Origin: Botryllus schlosseri | Lineage: Eukaryota | DNA length: 64,000 nt | NCBI GenBank assembly: GCA_051294905.1 | Contig: CM119380.1 | Location: forward strand, 17,422,001 to 17,486,000 | Direction of reading: 5' to 3' | Part shown: piece after piece, positions 30,601 through 41,571 of the stretch | Layout of the letters: each line of letters opens with the position of its first letter | How positions within the stretch are numbered: position 1 is the stretch's first letter | The notes under the pieces: generated by a model | Seen by the model: only the letters and a program-made list of their open reading frames with translations | Database searches by the model: none | What the model was told of the DNA's origin: nothing | Translations under genes and position numbers: made by a program

Positions 30601-33600
30601 GCGGTCTTACGAATCCGACTGTACTTTGAGGACCAAACTTTTGCTGTCAAATGACGCCTGACCAGATCGCCCCGTGACTTCAAGATCAAAGCAGGTCGCT
30701 TGTGTCGACGGAGTTGTGTTTTCGAACGCAATCCCCATAGTCGGCCCACCTTGGCGGACTTGAATTTAAAGTCTTAACAACCGTTCACGTGAGCCGGTAT
30801 TCGGTTCGTTGAAATGAAAGCGCGAATTGACCCGGCTCCCCTCGTCATAATCCCTGTTTACTAAATATCGCGCTACTTCTGCCCGCCTGCTGCACGGCAT
30901 CGGGAAGCCGATTGCTTGCGACGGACTTTCGTGGAAGTTCACGCGCAATTTGACTGCGACTGCGATTTGAATGGATTTGCCCTAGCTTTGTTGATAGACG
31001 GATTGAAATATTTGATACATTTGCGACTATACGAGGGTGCTACGGTAAAAAACTCATAAAATCAATGTCAATTAGCAAATTCCATGTGAATATCCGAAAT
31101 GTTGAATATGCAATGAACGGTCTGAGGTTTTGCAGATCCATAGCGTATCACCACTAAAAGTCGTTCTATAACACTCCGCGACCGGCAATACGCTCAGTTC
31201 CGCAGGAATGATGCCATGCGCAAGTTCATTGATCAATTGCTTGATACGCTTCTGCATAGTCATAGTCTGGCCAGAGCTGATATTAATTTCAAGCGATCGT
31301 GCGTTAATGTCTACAAACTTTACGGGTTGCGTTGGCGTTGTTGTTAGGTGAAGTCGAGTGATCCAGAAGAAAGACTTAATTTTCTTTCCAACCGCGTGAC
31401 GGTAATACATAGAGATCTACGGGTTATGACCGCATGATGATATACCGTACGACTTACTTTCTATATAGTATTTCGAGAATGCACGAAATGCAGTGTGTGT
31501 CATTCCTACCTAATGCCTAAATTACGTCAACTTTTGCACTTGTCACCACCGAATATCAATAAAGATCCTAATTACATTGCAAAAGTGTTATGTATATATG
31601 CACATATTTCCCACGACTTACACACAGTTTTCGATTCCGATAGTAAATTTTCATCATATTCACAGATTCTTTTTATGGGAAGTATTCCGAGGATAGAATA
31701 TGAATATTGGATGCCAATGCAGTCACGATCTACACTACAGATGGTTACAAGTAAGAAGGACTGTTATTATTTCGAAAGCTACCCAAATAGCGAAATAATG
31801 TTCATTGTTTGTTCCTACGCATGTTTGGTCTCGACTTTAAACTCTGTACGCAGAGCGCAGATCCATCAACGTTCGTAATAGATTATTTTGTGAATATATA
31901 TATAAATGCAATTGATTGCCAAGAGGGGCTCGATGCTGCTCCTCGGAATAATTTTTTAAACTTGTTTTAACTTACCTAACGTACGAAAACATGGATGTAG
32001 ATAAATGGACCACACAGCACAAACAATCGACATATATATTCCTCATAGGGCAGGCATGTCCAAAATCGAGCCGGTCCGCCCCGCGGCAGTATGTTTGGTA
32101 TGTCTTTCATATCGCATATTCGGCCTCAAAGAGATATCTCTAGCTAGAAGATCATAGATTAGCGGAGCATAATATATTCATTATTTTCAAGTGTAAAAAC
32201 CAGATGCGGGGGTAATCGTCGTGATGTGTAATTCCCGTAATCTTTCGCCCCGTGACATAGGAAAGGAAAGGACGTAGTTTATTTTTGTCCTTGGATATTT
32301 TTTGCGGCATATACACCGACTCATGATACACATACACACGATCTGTGCATATGCATACCATGAGTGCGTGATGTGCATATGAACTGGACAAGGAAGTGCA
32401 GATATAGCCTTTACGGCTTTCTAAGTCATGCACCACCCCTCCATGCTGTCCCGGTAATGCGTGAGCGCCAAGCAGGGAAGTCATGGATACCAGTGTTACT
32501 AATCAGGTCTTTGGTCTGACCCAGTCCGTATCCGCAAGGTCTCGAATTCCGTATATTCACAAACCTTATAGATCAACTGAAATAAATGCGATCGGTCCAC
32601 AGAATCGAATTCTAGGTGACTTCGTTAATTAAGAAAATATTGCTCACTCCACGAAATAATCTACCCAAAATAGATATATCTTCAATTTATAGGCACTGAC
32701 TTGCGTAAACACTACGGCTCTATCGTGGATCGCGAGTCGGCATACGCGTACAGCTATTCGACAAAACCAGACTATCTCAGCATACCGTATGTCATGGCAG
32801 ATTTCCAATCTACTTCAACGCCCGAAACCCAAACTTCGTCTACTAAGCCAGGAACGACAACGCAGCCGACTCAAAGTACAACTCGGGAAGTTTCGACATC
32901 CGCTATACGTCGCCCTCTCCCGTACACGTCTGCCTCAAATTCTTCAACTGTGCCGACAGCAAACGCGGATATTGAGACGCCAGCGAAGGTATATTGTAAG
33001 AATCTTAGCGATTATTTATCGGAAAGTTTTATACTTAGTAGCGTGTAGCCGGTATATCGGTTTGATCTGGACTTCCACTTTCCCACCAGACTGAAGTTGT
33101 GGGGGTCACACAATGAGCTACTGTGGCCTGTTTATATAACTGCATCAAATGGCATTGGAATTTCGGACAATACTGATCCAGTGAGCTTGGATGCCATAAC
33201 AATGAATACCCTATACTTAACCTAATCGACTTCGGGGAAACATCCTATTAAAACACAAGACGTTATTGAAAAATATCAGCTCTAATTTTAGAATTTCACT
33301 GAAGGGCCGATGCCCGATGACCAGGCCGTGTTATTTTTGGCATTTCAGGAGCCAGATGCCAAAACTGCCAAAAATACAAATTTGAAAATGCCAAAAATAA
33401 GCAATTTTTGGCATATGCCAAAAATAACACGGCCTGCCAAATAGTGTATTTCGTTCATGGTGTTGTGTTAACATGACCGCGTTACAAGCGAGAAGAGCGT
33501 TTGTGAAAGGCAGGTTTCTTAATCTGGGTCCAGCCCACCCATTAGGGGTGAAAGCATGGTGTCCTAAACGGTGTGGGCACAGCGAGATTGACCGACTGAC

Positions 33601-36067
33601 TGCATTTGGTTTACGTCATACTTTCCATTTGTCCAAAGGCAAATTTACGACCATTTTTGACCGGCTTGTCGAGCGCTAAATTTGATAAAACGGGTATCAA
33701 TGAGAAGCTGCCGCAGTACTGATTATTAATATATTTACTATATTCTGCTCATGGAACTGGAACCCCCAAAATCAACCACGAATTTTGCATTGTGATCGAG
33801 TTAAACATTGTGACGCAACAAACTGTCTGGCTATTCCTGAGCTGCATAGTCTCGTTTTGTCAGACAGTCTTGTTGCGTCAATGCTCTTTAACAAGCTAAC
33901 CTTCCCAGGACTCTTCCATGCGAGTTGGTAATATTAAAGCCACCTGAAGTGACAAAAGTCCTCCGAAAATATATCGGTAGACTGAAGGAGAAATGATAGT
34001 CGGGCTACTAAATAGAATGTGTTGAGAGACAACACAGGAAACTCCTGGAAAAGAATCGGGAAGAAAATTCTTTCCGCGATGAGATCGATGGCACTGGCGA
34101 AGTGATCGCTTTTCATGATGCATGGATGCCGGCTCGGCCCTCCAAAGATTTTGAAGCTCTGAAAACCTTTTGTGGATGACTGGCAACATTCTTTCCCTCA
34201 TCGGTACCGTTGAAGCCGATATATCCCAGATTCGCTGGGCGAGAAATGAATTTAGGAGAAACTTAGCTGACCTGAGTTTGGAAGCACTGTTACAGTGAAA
34301 ATGATTTCAGTCTATTCAACAGCTGTAACAATCAGCTGTTAAGCGTGTTTGTTAGGCTTTTTTTTTCTTTTTTCTTTGCTTATAGGCACCGATTCCGATG
34401 GATACTGCATATTCTGTGGTTTCGTTTGATATTATCAACCTATGAAATCGTTAGGTTTTTTCTTCTTCTTATTGTTTGTTGGCACTGATTATAGTGGATG
34501 CTGCACATTTTGTGGTGTCTTTTGACAAACTAGCCCAAATAAAGCGTATTGTGACTAATTCGAGTCTGAAACTACCTATTTAGAGGACGATGCCAAAACT
34601 GCCAAAAATAAAAATCGAAAAATGCCAAAAATAAGTTATTTTTGGCAGTTTTGGCATATGCCAAAAATAACACGGCCTGCCGATGACCCATCAATTTTTC
34701 ATGGTTAGGGATAACCTTGAGTCAGAAGTTGCCTGGTGTAGCCTAATCGTCATGACGAGTTTGGATCAGAATATAACCAAGAAACTTTGATGATAGTGTT
34801 TATGACGATGGCGACGGACACATCCTGGCTTGCAACCCCGTACCAAACTATCGCCTTCGCAGGAATTTAGTTACTTAATTGATTTGCCATCTTGCAGCCT
34901 TGTAGGCGGTCGCCCAATGGCTGCAGACGATGCGAGAAAGCAAGAAATAAAAGATTATCGTACTGCAAAGGAGACTTCGGTAAGTCCGCTAAGGCTATAC
35001 AGTATACACAACACATTCACATATACACATGTATTCACTATTTGAAGAATAAACATTACGATCGGTTCTCGTTTTCACAGCCATCCGCGCCAAAATATTA
35101 TCCAAGCGGCGATATCACCACGGCCAAGACATTCGTTATGACGTTGAAATTAGGACCACCTACAAGTCCGACTTTCGACTAATACCGCGAGAATACATCT
35201 GGGTGTCGAGTGACAACTGTCCGAAGTTGCGGCCTTTGCGTGAATACCTACTGACAGGAAGAAAAGTTCAGGTCGATGTAACGGATAGAGTTGGCGCAGG
35301 CAGCGAGGTGAGTGTGATGGAATTTATGTCGGTGATATTGAGAAACTGTACACTGACGGACCAACACATGCGCATTTGATGTGTAGTATGGTCGATTTTC
35401 GTTTCTGTGACTAGGCGAAACTTTATGGTTCGCCGAAGGCTTGTAGGATTAGGATCCGACCGGTTAAGAACCCCTGATCTAATATTATCTGGTGTCCTGC
35501 CGTCCTGCTGCCTATTTCAAAACCAGAGTAGGGATATCGGAACCTGCTGAGTACTGTTTAGTGCTGAGTAGTCAAGGACGTCGAAAGACGCGAACGCCTC
35601 TCCAAATTTTGATCTTTAGCATCATTAAGCCGTTTGTTTTCACTACGTCACTATGGATATTCGTGACGTCCCGTTACCATTAAGACTCCCACAAGTTTTC
35701 ACCCTGGAACACCTATGGATGGAGACCCCCTTTACCACTGATTTCGTATACTTTAAAATCATTGATAGTCTACGACTCTACGTCCTTCTGCCACTCCCTA
35801 CGTAAAGCGTTGTCGGCTCGCCTTGTCACAGTCCTAAATTATTCGGTTCCGCTATCTGTTCAGACACCCAAATCACACATAAAGAGATACGAGACGCGGC
35901 TAGTCGTCGAGAAGACCGACTATTGGGCCAGGTGGCGGAAATCGTACGAAGTAACCATGGAAAAGATAGCAAACAGGCTTAAATGCGAGAGATATTTGCG
36001 TCGGAAATTCACCAGGCAGCAACGTAAAGTCAGAGGGAAGAAAGCGAAACAAGGACGAATCTTGTGA
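15640..36067 (+). CDS. ADAMTSL5: ADAMTS-like protein 5 orthologue (signal peptide - TSR1 - Cys-rich - spacer - S/T-rich linker - NTR), 646 aa, 14 coding exons
   Basis: Exons assembled by hand, all AG/GT bounded and phase-compatible: 15640-15717, 21601-21730, 22032-22191, 23559-23613, 23678-23783, 27295-27428, 29273-29396, 29455-29538, 29980-30155, 31666-31750, 32693-32988, 34898-34979, 35081-35307, 35864-36067. They sum to 1941 nt (646 aa + stop). Motifs: signal peptide MAPVTVLFLGITVSLTYIADA; TSR WGSWSSWSLCSRSCGGGVAKRYRRC; TFREEQC; VDGTRCGEEGKDVCIEGNC; GCDMEIGSQTIEDACGVCGGDNSTC; spacer IPAGASHIFV...IVNGN...PGKYETAGTTVSY...GPTTKDL; NTR RLSYCKGDFAIRAKIL...IRYDVEIRTTYK...REYIWVSSDNCPKL. No metalloprotease domain. 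A single TSR plus C-terminal NTR is the ADAMTSL5 architecture. Confidence 0.9.
16004..17182. mobile_element. Non-autonomous hAT (Charlie/Buster-like), in ADAMTSL5 intron 1
   Basis: TIR CAGAGGTCTCAAAC/GTTTGAGACCTCTG, GCGGCCCGC subterminal motifs, TSD CTATAGAG on both sides. Homologous along its length to 42353-45040. Confidence 0.93.
19149..20258. mobile_element. Non-autonomous hAT (Buster-like), in ADAMTSL5 intron 1
   Basis: Ends CAGGGGC...GCCCCTG, GCGGGCCGGAT subterminal motifs, TSD GCTTAGAT at 19141-19148 and 20259-20266. Confidence 0.88.
23222..23244 (+). repeat. (GA)n microsatellite
   Basis: Direct reading of GAGAGAGA run; no adjoining retroelement body recognised. Confidence 0.8.
24972..25475. 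mobile_element. hAT MITE (family shared with 41572-42156)
   Basis: Degenerate TIR TACAGCAAGTTTTTG/CAAAAACTTGCCCTA, TSD ATAATCAC on both sides, internal GCAACTTTT repeats and CAGCTTCCGACAGCTTCCTAGA block. Confidence 0.88.
26169..26770. mobile_element. About 600-bp foldback / palindromic MITE in ADAMTSL5 intron 5
   Basis: The two arms of about 290 bp are reverse complements at high identity. ORFs 26183-26443(-) and 26470-26685(+) give nearly the same peptide. Centre GGTCATTGTTATGACC; TATA at both ends. Confidence 0.85.
32250..32560 (-). mobile_element. tRNA-derived SINE (tail type B), in ADAMTSL5 intron 10
   Basis: Minus strand reads B-box-like GAATTCGAGACC, then GGGTCAGACCAAAGAC...ACTGGTATCC...CCCTGCTTGGCGCTCA-GCA...GGACAGCATGGAGG, the same core as 37496-37759. 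Confidence 0.85.
33322..34679 (+). mobile_element. Internally deleted hAT element with transposase relic, in ADAMTSL5 intron 11
   Basis: TIR CAGGCCGTGTTATTTTTGGCA/TGCCAAAAATAACACGGCCTG, TSD CCGATGAC at 33314-33321 and 34680-34687. A second right TIR lies inside at 33415-33436. Confidence 0.9.
33870..34300 (+). pseudogene. Decayed hAT-type transposase C-terminus (dimerisation region)
   Basis: Translation with stops and a frameshift: LPRTLPCELV...ERQHRKLL...IAFHDAW...FEALKTFCG*LATFFPSS/TVEADISQIRWARNEFRRNLADLSLEALLQ. This resembles the hAT C-terminal motif L..FCGGLAT.FP.T..VE.DFS...W....R..L..LSLE. Motif recalled, not searched. Confidence 0.7.
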
Positions 36068-37495
36068 ATACTCGCATCTGCTGTACCTGTATCAGATATA
36101 TAGCAATGTACAACCGACTAACCAACTTGAAACGCAACTCGGAGCGTTTGAGTGATATGTTGCACTACGTGCTCGTATACATCTGCCAATACTGTGAGTT
36201 GAGCTCGCTTTGAAAACTATACTGGCCGCACCCACTCTCCCATCAAGAGATAAGTATGCAACAGTGCCATCAATATATTTTGCACTATAGTCCAACAGCA
36301 ACGTTGAACTGAGTCTTGGAATTCAAACGTTTATCTCGTCTGAACACCTCGCACACCGTTGTTAGGTTGGCGGTGGCCTATGTATCAAGTCACTCACTAT
36401 ATTACCGCAATCAACTGCAACTGCAAGGCGCGCTGCTTGCTAACATCCGTGATCCAATGTATTCGTGTACTGAAAACGAAAATTAGAGCATTGCGGTGAG
36501 CGGCTGGAACTTTTATAAATCACACTGTGACGATATTTCAGTTTTCACATTTCGTTTTAACCTTCTAATATACATTTTGGATATCCTGATGTCTACAATC
36601 ATTGTTACCGTGAAGAAAGAAAGTGCGGTTGTAGGTTGCATAAGATTATTTTGTATATTATTGAAATCCGAAAGTCGGAAATAATGGTGACATTCCGAAT
36701 AGGTCAAATCTTTACATTCGTCCAGCTTTCTAGAGCACGCATTGATTCCCTGTTCGGTGGATCCCGTGCCCCGTCCAGTTATGTCAAAGTCATGGCGCAG
36801 TGTCCACTCATCATACTACCACTCATCAAAATTACAATTCAGCGTCTGATCAGCTTTTACTGTGTCGCACCAATCTGGTGGTAATCACACGTTGCTAGGG
36901 TCTTCACTAGTGCAGTAACTCTAACTATAGATAACTAACCTACAGGGGTTAGTTATCTATACTCTAGCCTGCCAGTAACGACGATAAGAATTAGCAATTT
37001 GTTGTTTTAGTCACTTGACCTCCATACCCCAGTGGTTGATAAAGTGAAGTATATAGGATCGCTCGCGAAAATCCTTTAGCTGCAGTTTGATTGAACACGG
37101 AGGCTTTCTGAGTAAAATTACTGTTGCAAAAATGATTTCACATTTTAATACTAATTTGGGACCACATCGTATTTGAAGCACAGTAAACTTGGAGTTTAAT
37201 TTAATTTGGTTCAATCACAATTCAGTTTTCCACGGATACGATATTGAGTAGTCAGGGCAATGAATGAATTCATCACAACGAACAAAGTGGGAGATGTGGA
37301 TAAATTTATTCGCCACTGACGTACTTTGAAAGTGGACATTTGATGGACCTGACGTTGTGAGGCTCAAGGACCTTTGAATCATAAGTTATGTAATATAACG
37401 ACAACTAATAGGCTACACGTCATATATTATTTGAGCACTCTCACTAAGTAACTTACAAACAACGAATTCGCATTGGTACTCGCACTTTCTTACAA

Positions 37496-37759
37496 CGGAG
37501 ATAGTGTAATGGTTGTGCGTCCGGCTTCTCGATCGGTAGGTCGTGGGTTTGATCCCCGGCCGGGTCAGACCAAAGACTCGAAAACTGGTATCCGCGGCTA
37601 TCCTGCTAGGCGCTCAGCAATCACGGATAGCATGGAGGAGAAAAAAACCGGGGGTGCAGACTAGATGACCTTGCTATAAAAAGGCCGTATCGCATCTCCG
37701 TCGTCAAAGCATCTCGATGGTGCAGGCGAAAAAGAATACCATATCTCTCTCTCTCTCTC
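37496..37759 (+). mobile_element. Near full-length tRNA-derived SINE with Meta-like core (tail type A)
   Basis: Pol III A box TAGTGTAATGG (37502-37512) and B box GGTTTGATCCC (37546-37556). Core GGGTCAGACCAAAGACTCGAAAACTGGTATCC...CCTGCTAGGCGCTCAGCA; (TC)n tail. Resemblance to the MetaSINE core is from recall. Confidence 0.85.
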
Positions 37760-38387
37760 GAACTTAAGTGTCGATGTCGTGTCGCTGACTCGTTATTAAC
37801 GGTGGCCGTTTTACTGTCAAAACGCAACATGGCCGCCGGACGGTAATATAATGTGGCAAACGAACACGAGGCATGTTCGATATTTGGTGTGTCTTGGGAG
37901 ATTATTTACACGGAAGAATTTCTTGTTACAAACCTCAAACTTGTGATTGAAATGTGCTGGACAAGCATTTTAATATATACTCAGAATTGCTTCGCGGGCC
38001 AGATGAAATCGTCAAGCGGGCCGGATGGATAGGGCCCGCATGCAGGACCGTAACTGACACACCCTAAACCCCCAATTGGAGGAGACCGATCTCGAAGGGG
38101 CCCCGAAATTATTTCGTGAATTAGCATGAATTATAGAGCTTTTTTTAGAAATTTATGCAACTTTTTCAATATTTCCAAATGTTTTGGTTATTAGGTACTC
38201 TTCCTCCAGAAAAAATAAGCATGATTTATAGAAATGGGCGTTTCGGCGTCGGTCATTACCGCGCCACGACATATAAAATTTTAGAATTTTAGACCATGTA
38301 ACATGCGACTACAAGAAGAGTGCCAGAGCGATCGGCAGTGATTAAACCTTGACCGAATAAGACTGCCCTTATCCTGATCGAAAACTT

Positions 38388-38865
38388 CTATTTATATAGA
38401 TATGTGTTTAATTGTCCATAGGCGCCTGAATAACTGACACCGAATATTCCTGTCCTGGCAATCTGAACCCCACAAGATAAATGCCATCAGTGGGGACAAA
38501 TTAATTGCTAGTGAAGAAATAGCAATTTTTAGGTACGTTCGGGAGATTTCAATATCTTTTGATGTAGCAGTCAGGAGGTCACGAAATAACATAATGTAAC
38601 GAAGTCATTATACCAACGGGTCCGCCCGCCCGAAGATGTTTAAATTATGTACGGGCCCTCCGTTTTCCGAGTCGCACTCGCTCACATTAGCTCTATACCT
38701 GTAAATCTGATTACGTGAGCAGAGAGGATAAAACATTGACAGCATTGCGTGTTTAGGCGGAATAATAAGCCGACTCACCAAACAGTGCAACCAATCTCGG
38801 TGATAAATCCCAGCCAAAACCGAATGTGGGGTCTGGGGGTGCGGAATCTCACAGAATTGCAGACC
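38388..38865 (-). CDS. Unidentified spliced gene fragment (3 terminal exons)
   Basis: GC-richer segments 38779-38865 (phase 2-2, donor GTGAGT) and 38614-38698 (phase 2-0) splice in frame: VCNSVRFRTPRPHIRFWLGFITEIGCTVWYRANVSECDSENGGPVHNLNIFGRADPL. The last exon is either 38487-38507 (QLICPH*) or 38388-38462 (IARTGIFGVSYSGAYGQLNTYLYK*). No family recognised. Confidence 0.4.
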
Positions 38866-39034
38866 CTGTGGCAATTGAAAGGTCATATGCGTTTTGTTGT
38901 CTGCACTAATAATGGGCGTTTAAAAAATCTCTATCACGAAATTAGTGTCGCTTGATTAAAGCAAAGGGTATGCATAGTGTCCCATATGGTGTCGACACAT
39001 GCAAATCTCACGCCTCAGTGAAATTGTATCACTC

Positions 39035-39160
39035 CACAATTTCCATTTGGCTACAGGCAATTTGACGGTCATTTTTGACTGGCTTTCCGAGCATTAAATT
39101 TGGTAAAACGGGTATCAGTCGAAAGCTGACTCTCTGCACTGATTACGAAAATATAAATTT
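39035..39160 (+). repeat. Dispersed repeat shared with 33620-33735
   Basis: TTTCCATTTG...GGCAA...CATTTTTGAC.GGCTT...CGAGC..TAAATTTG.TAAAACGGGTATCA...AAGCTG...ACTGATTA aligns between the two sites. Confidence 0.75.
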
Positions 39161-39197
39161 TATTCCGCTCGTAGCCCTGGAACTCTCACAATCAGCC

Positions 39198-39347
39198 TCG
39201 AATTTTTCATTGTTATGGAGATTGGCATTGGGACGCAACAATGCTGAACAATGCAGTCTGGCTCTTTTTCTCTTGAGCTACTCTCTCGTTTCGCCAGACA
39301 GCATTGCTGCGTCCCAATTCCAATCTCCATAGCAATGAAAAATTCGA
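39198..39347. repeat. 150-bp hairpin (about 49-bp inverted arms)
   Basis: TCGAATTTTTCATTGTTATGGAGATTGGCATTGGGACGCAACAATGCTG ... CAGCATTGCTGCGTCCCAATTCCAATCTCCATAGCAATGAAAAATTCGA, about 3 mismatches. Confidence 0.85.
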
Positions 39348-40069
39348 CTTTTGTTCATATGACACATTTTGCAAAATTATAATCTGAATAAAAATGACTA
39401 AAACAAAACATCTCATTGGCCATTTAAATTTCGTCGCGATACACCGGCCGAAAAGCCCTGCTCTAGAGGACTCGTGTGAGTGACCAGTGACCACCATGAA
39501 GGCACGCTTTCATGTCAGAATACGTCACGGGTTTTCAACCGTGCCATCCTACCAGATTTTGTGACGATCATCCACTGAGAAAAGGTCCCCCGTATAGTCC
39601 GATTTCAGAGTGCTCTCACTGCGTCTTACAGTTCATAGATTAGTACTGATACACTGCTAATCGTAGAGCTACGTACGGTGGCGCAACCTAACATGCGACT
39701 GCATCATCCAAACATTTATAAACGAGCGAATAGCCATTCTCTTCCTTCACATAAAGAAATGCATAGTAGAAAGAACACTTAACAGAATATTCCACAGACA
39801 ATTTAGGCTAATTTGACTAAGTCACAAATATCAGGAGCAAAAAAGGTTTCGTCTTAACTACAGGTATACACAGTTCTCAACTCACGTAACAAATTTAACG
39901 ATGACAAGATAAGTATAAATGATATATCCGCTGAACTAACAACATGATGAATGTCTAATAAGTAGAAAATTTTAGGAGTAAAATTCTATCTAATATCATT
40001 AGGACTTTCGCACGTTCACATAAATTCAGTATTAGCAATATGATACAAAAATTAAAAATACTACTACTT

Positions 40070-41235
40070 TTATTAATAATAATGTGATAGCAATATTGTG
40101 AGACATATGGGTTATCACAGTTATTGTAATAGCCGCGACAATATGTTGAACATATTCCGCGCAATTGCAACAAATTGAGAAGCAACACACGATTCACAGA
40201 AACTAGAAGATGAATTCAATAAGTATACAAGTATATATCCAAGGTAAATGGAACGGATACTGTGAAACATCGAAATATTCCTTAACAGTGTGATAAAATA
40301 GAAAGAAATTGCAAATTTCCAAATGAGACTTTTAAGTATAGCAACACAGATGCAATAAATGTTCAGCAGATCAACACTGCAGATTGACAATATGTTAGAA
40401 TTTCGTAAGTGTAGTAATTTTACTACTTTGGCGTCTGATGATCGATCGGTCAATGTTTCCGGTTGTGAATGTACAACACGCTTAGCAGCAGATGTCCAGC
40501 ATTGAAACGGAAATAAGTAAGAAAATTGACCTATTTTAGTCACTGACCATAATTATGAAGAGTACCTACATTTATTATACACCAAATAACGCGTATTATT
40601 CTTATGGGAGAGTTAATCTTGCAAAGAACGTAAATTTACAGGACATTAAATCTAGCGAAGGGCGAAGTAAACATTTCAAATTGAAGAAATCTACCAAAAA
40701 AATACCCCTTTGGACCTCTTCCGAGCTTGCTCTCCCAATTTGGGGTGCATCTGTTGATCTGATATCTCAAGCGCTTTCGCCCATTCACTCACACAGAGTC
40801 AGGGTTAGCAATAGGAGAGAAAAAATAATAAAAATAATGAGATAGCAATATTGTAAGATATACAATGTAAAATAGGTGCGACGTGTGATCATATTTTTAA
40901 CAGTGCGTAATTTCTATAAAATGTGACTTGAACTAGAAGATGAATTCAAACGCTATTCCAGTATATCCGAGGTAACTGGAATAGATACTGCGAAATATTC
41001 AAATAATACATCACAGTGTGATGAAACAAGAAGTTGCCAATTATACTTCCAAATTGCAATATAGATGAAATATATGAATAAAAGATAAAATTACACAGAT
41101 AAAATTACAATATAGTACAATTTCGTAACTGTAGTATTTTAGCAACATATTTGGTGTCTTATGATATAACTGTCAATGTTTACGGATGTGAGTGTATGAA
41201 TGTACTCGTTTAGCAGCGAATATCCAGCATTGACA
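40070..41235 (+). repeat. Diverged direct duplication of a ~430-bp segment (40070-40505 vs 40830-41235)
   Basis: Collinear shared blocks: ATAATG.GATAGCAATATTGT.AGA, AACTAGAAGATGAATTCAA, ACAGTGTGAT.AAA, AATTTCGTAA.TGTAGTA, GTCAATGTTT.CGG.TGTGA.TGTA, TTAGCAGC..AT.TCCAGCATTGA. Confidence 0.8.
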
Positions 41236-41571
41236 AATTGGGGCCGACATAAGCTGCACGGTAAGAAAGTTCAAAAAATATCGGAAGAAAAGAGCTGAAC
41301 ATTATTTTCCTTCCGTTGATAGTTTTCGGAAATACACCAATCGGCTTTTTTGTCTGGAATGCCCCCCTTGGTCTGTTTACCGAGCTCACATGCGAATCCG
41401 ACTGATTTAGTATGTTATCGAGTCGGGTGTGATACCATGTCCGGATCGATCTGAAACAAATGGTGTGTCAACAGCGAGAATACTAGCGCATAAAAGACGC
41501 ACAATTATGGGCCAACCACGCACACACACTGCTATAGCAGTAAATATGATAGTGAATTAATTAGTTATGAG

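Noticed and set aside
32051-32100. Solo hAT-like ends (32051, about 37995-38070, about 50375)
   Set aside because: No matching opposite TIR or TSD could be paired, so element boundaries are unsupported.
36092-36301. DGTVAYLSLDGRVGAA, resembling an RNase H motif
   Set aside because: Too short, antisense to the probable ADAMTSL5 3' UTR, and lacking other RNase H residues.
37496-37570. Possible tRNA gene
   Set aside because: No proper acceptor stem; it continues directly into the SINE core and has degenerate sister copies.
40121-40543. 140-aa hydrophobic minus-strand ORF suggesting a GPCR or other multi-pass protein
   Set aside because: Hydrophobicity reflects T-rich sequence, and the frame is not preserved in the duplicate copy.
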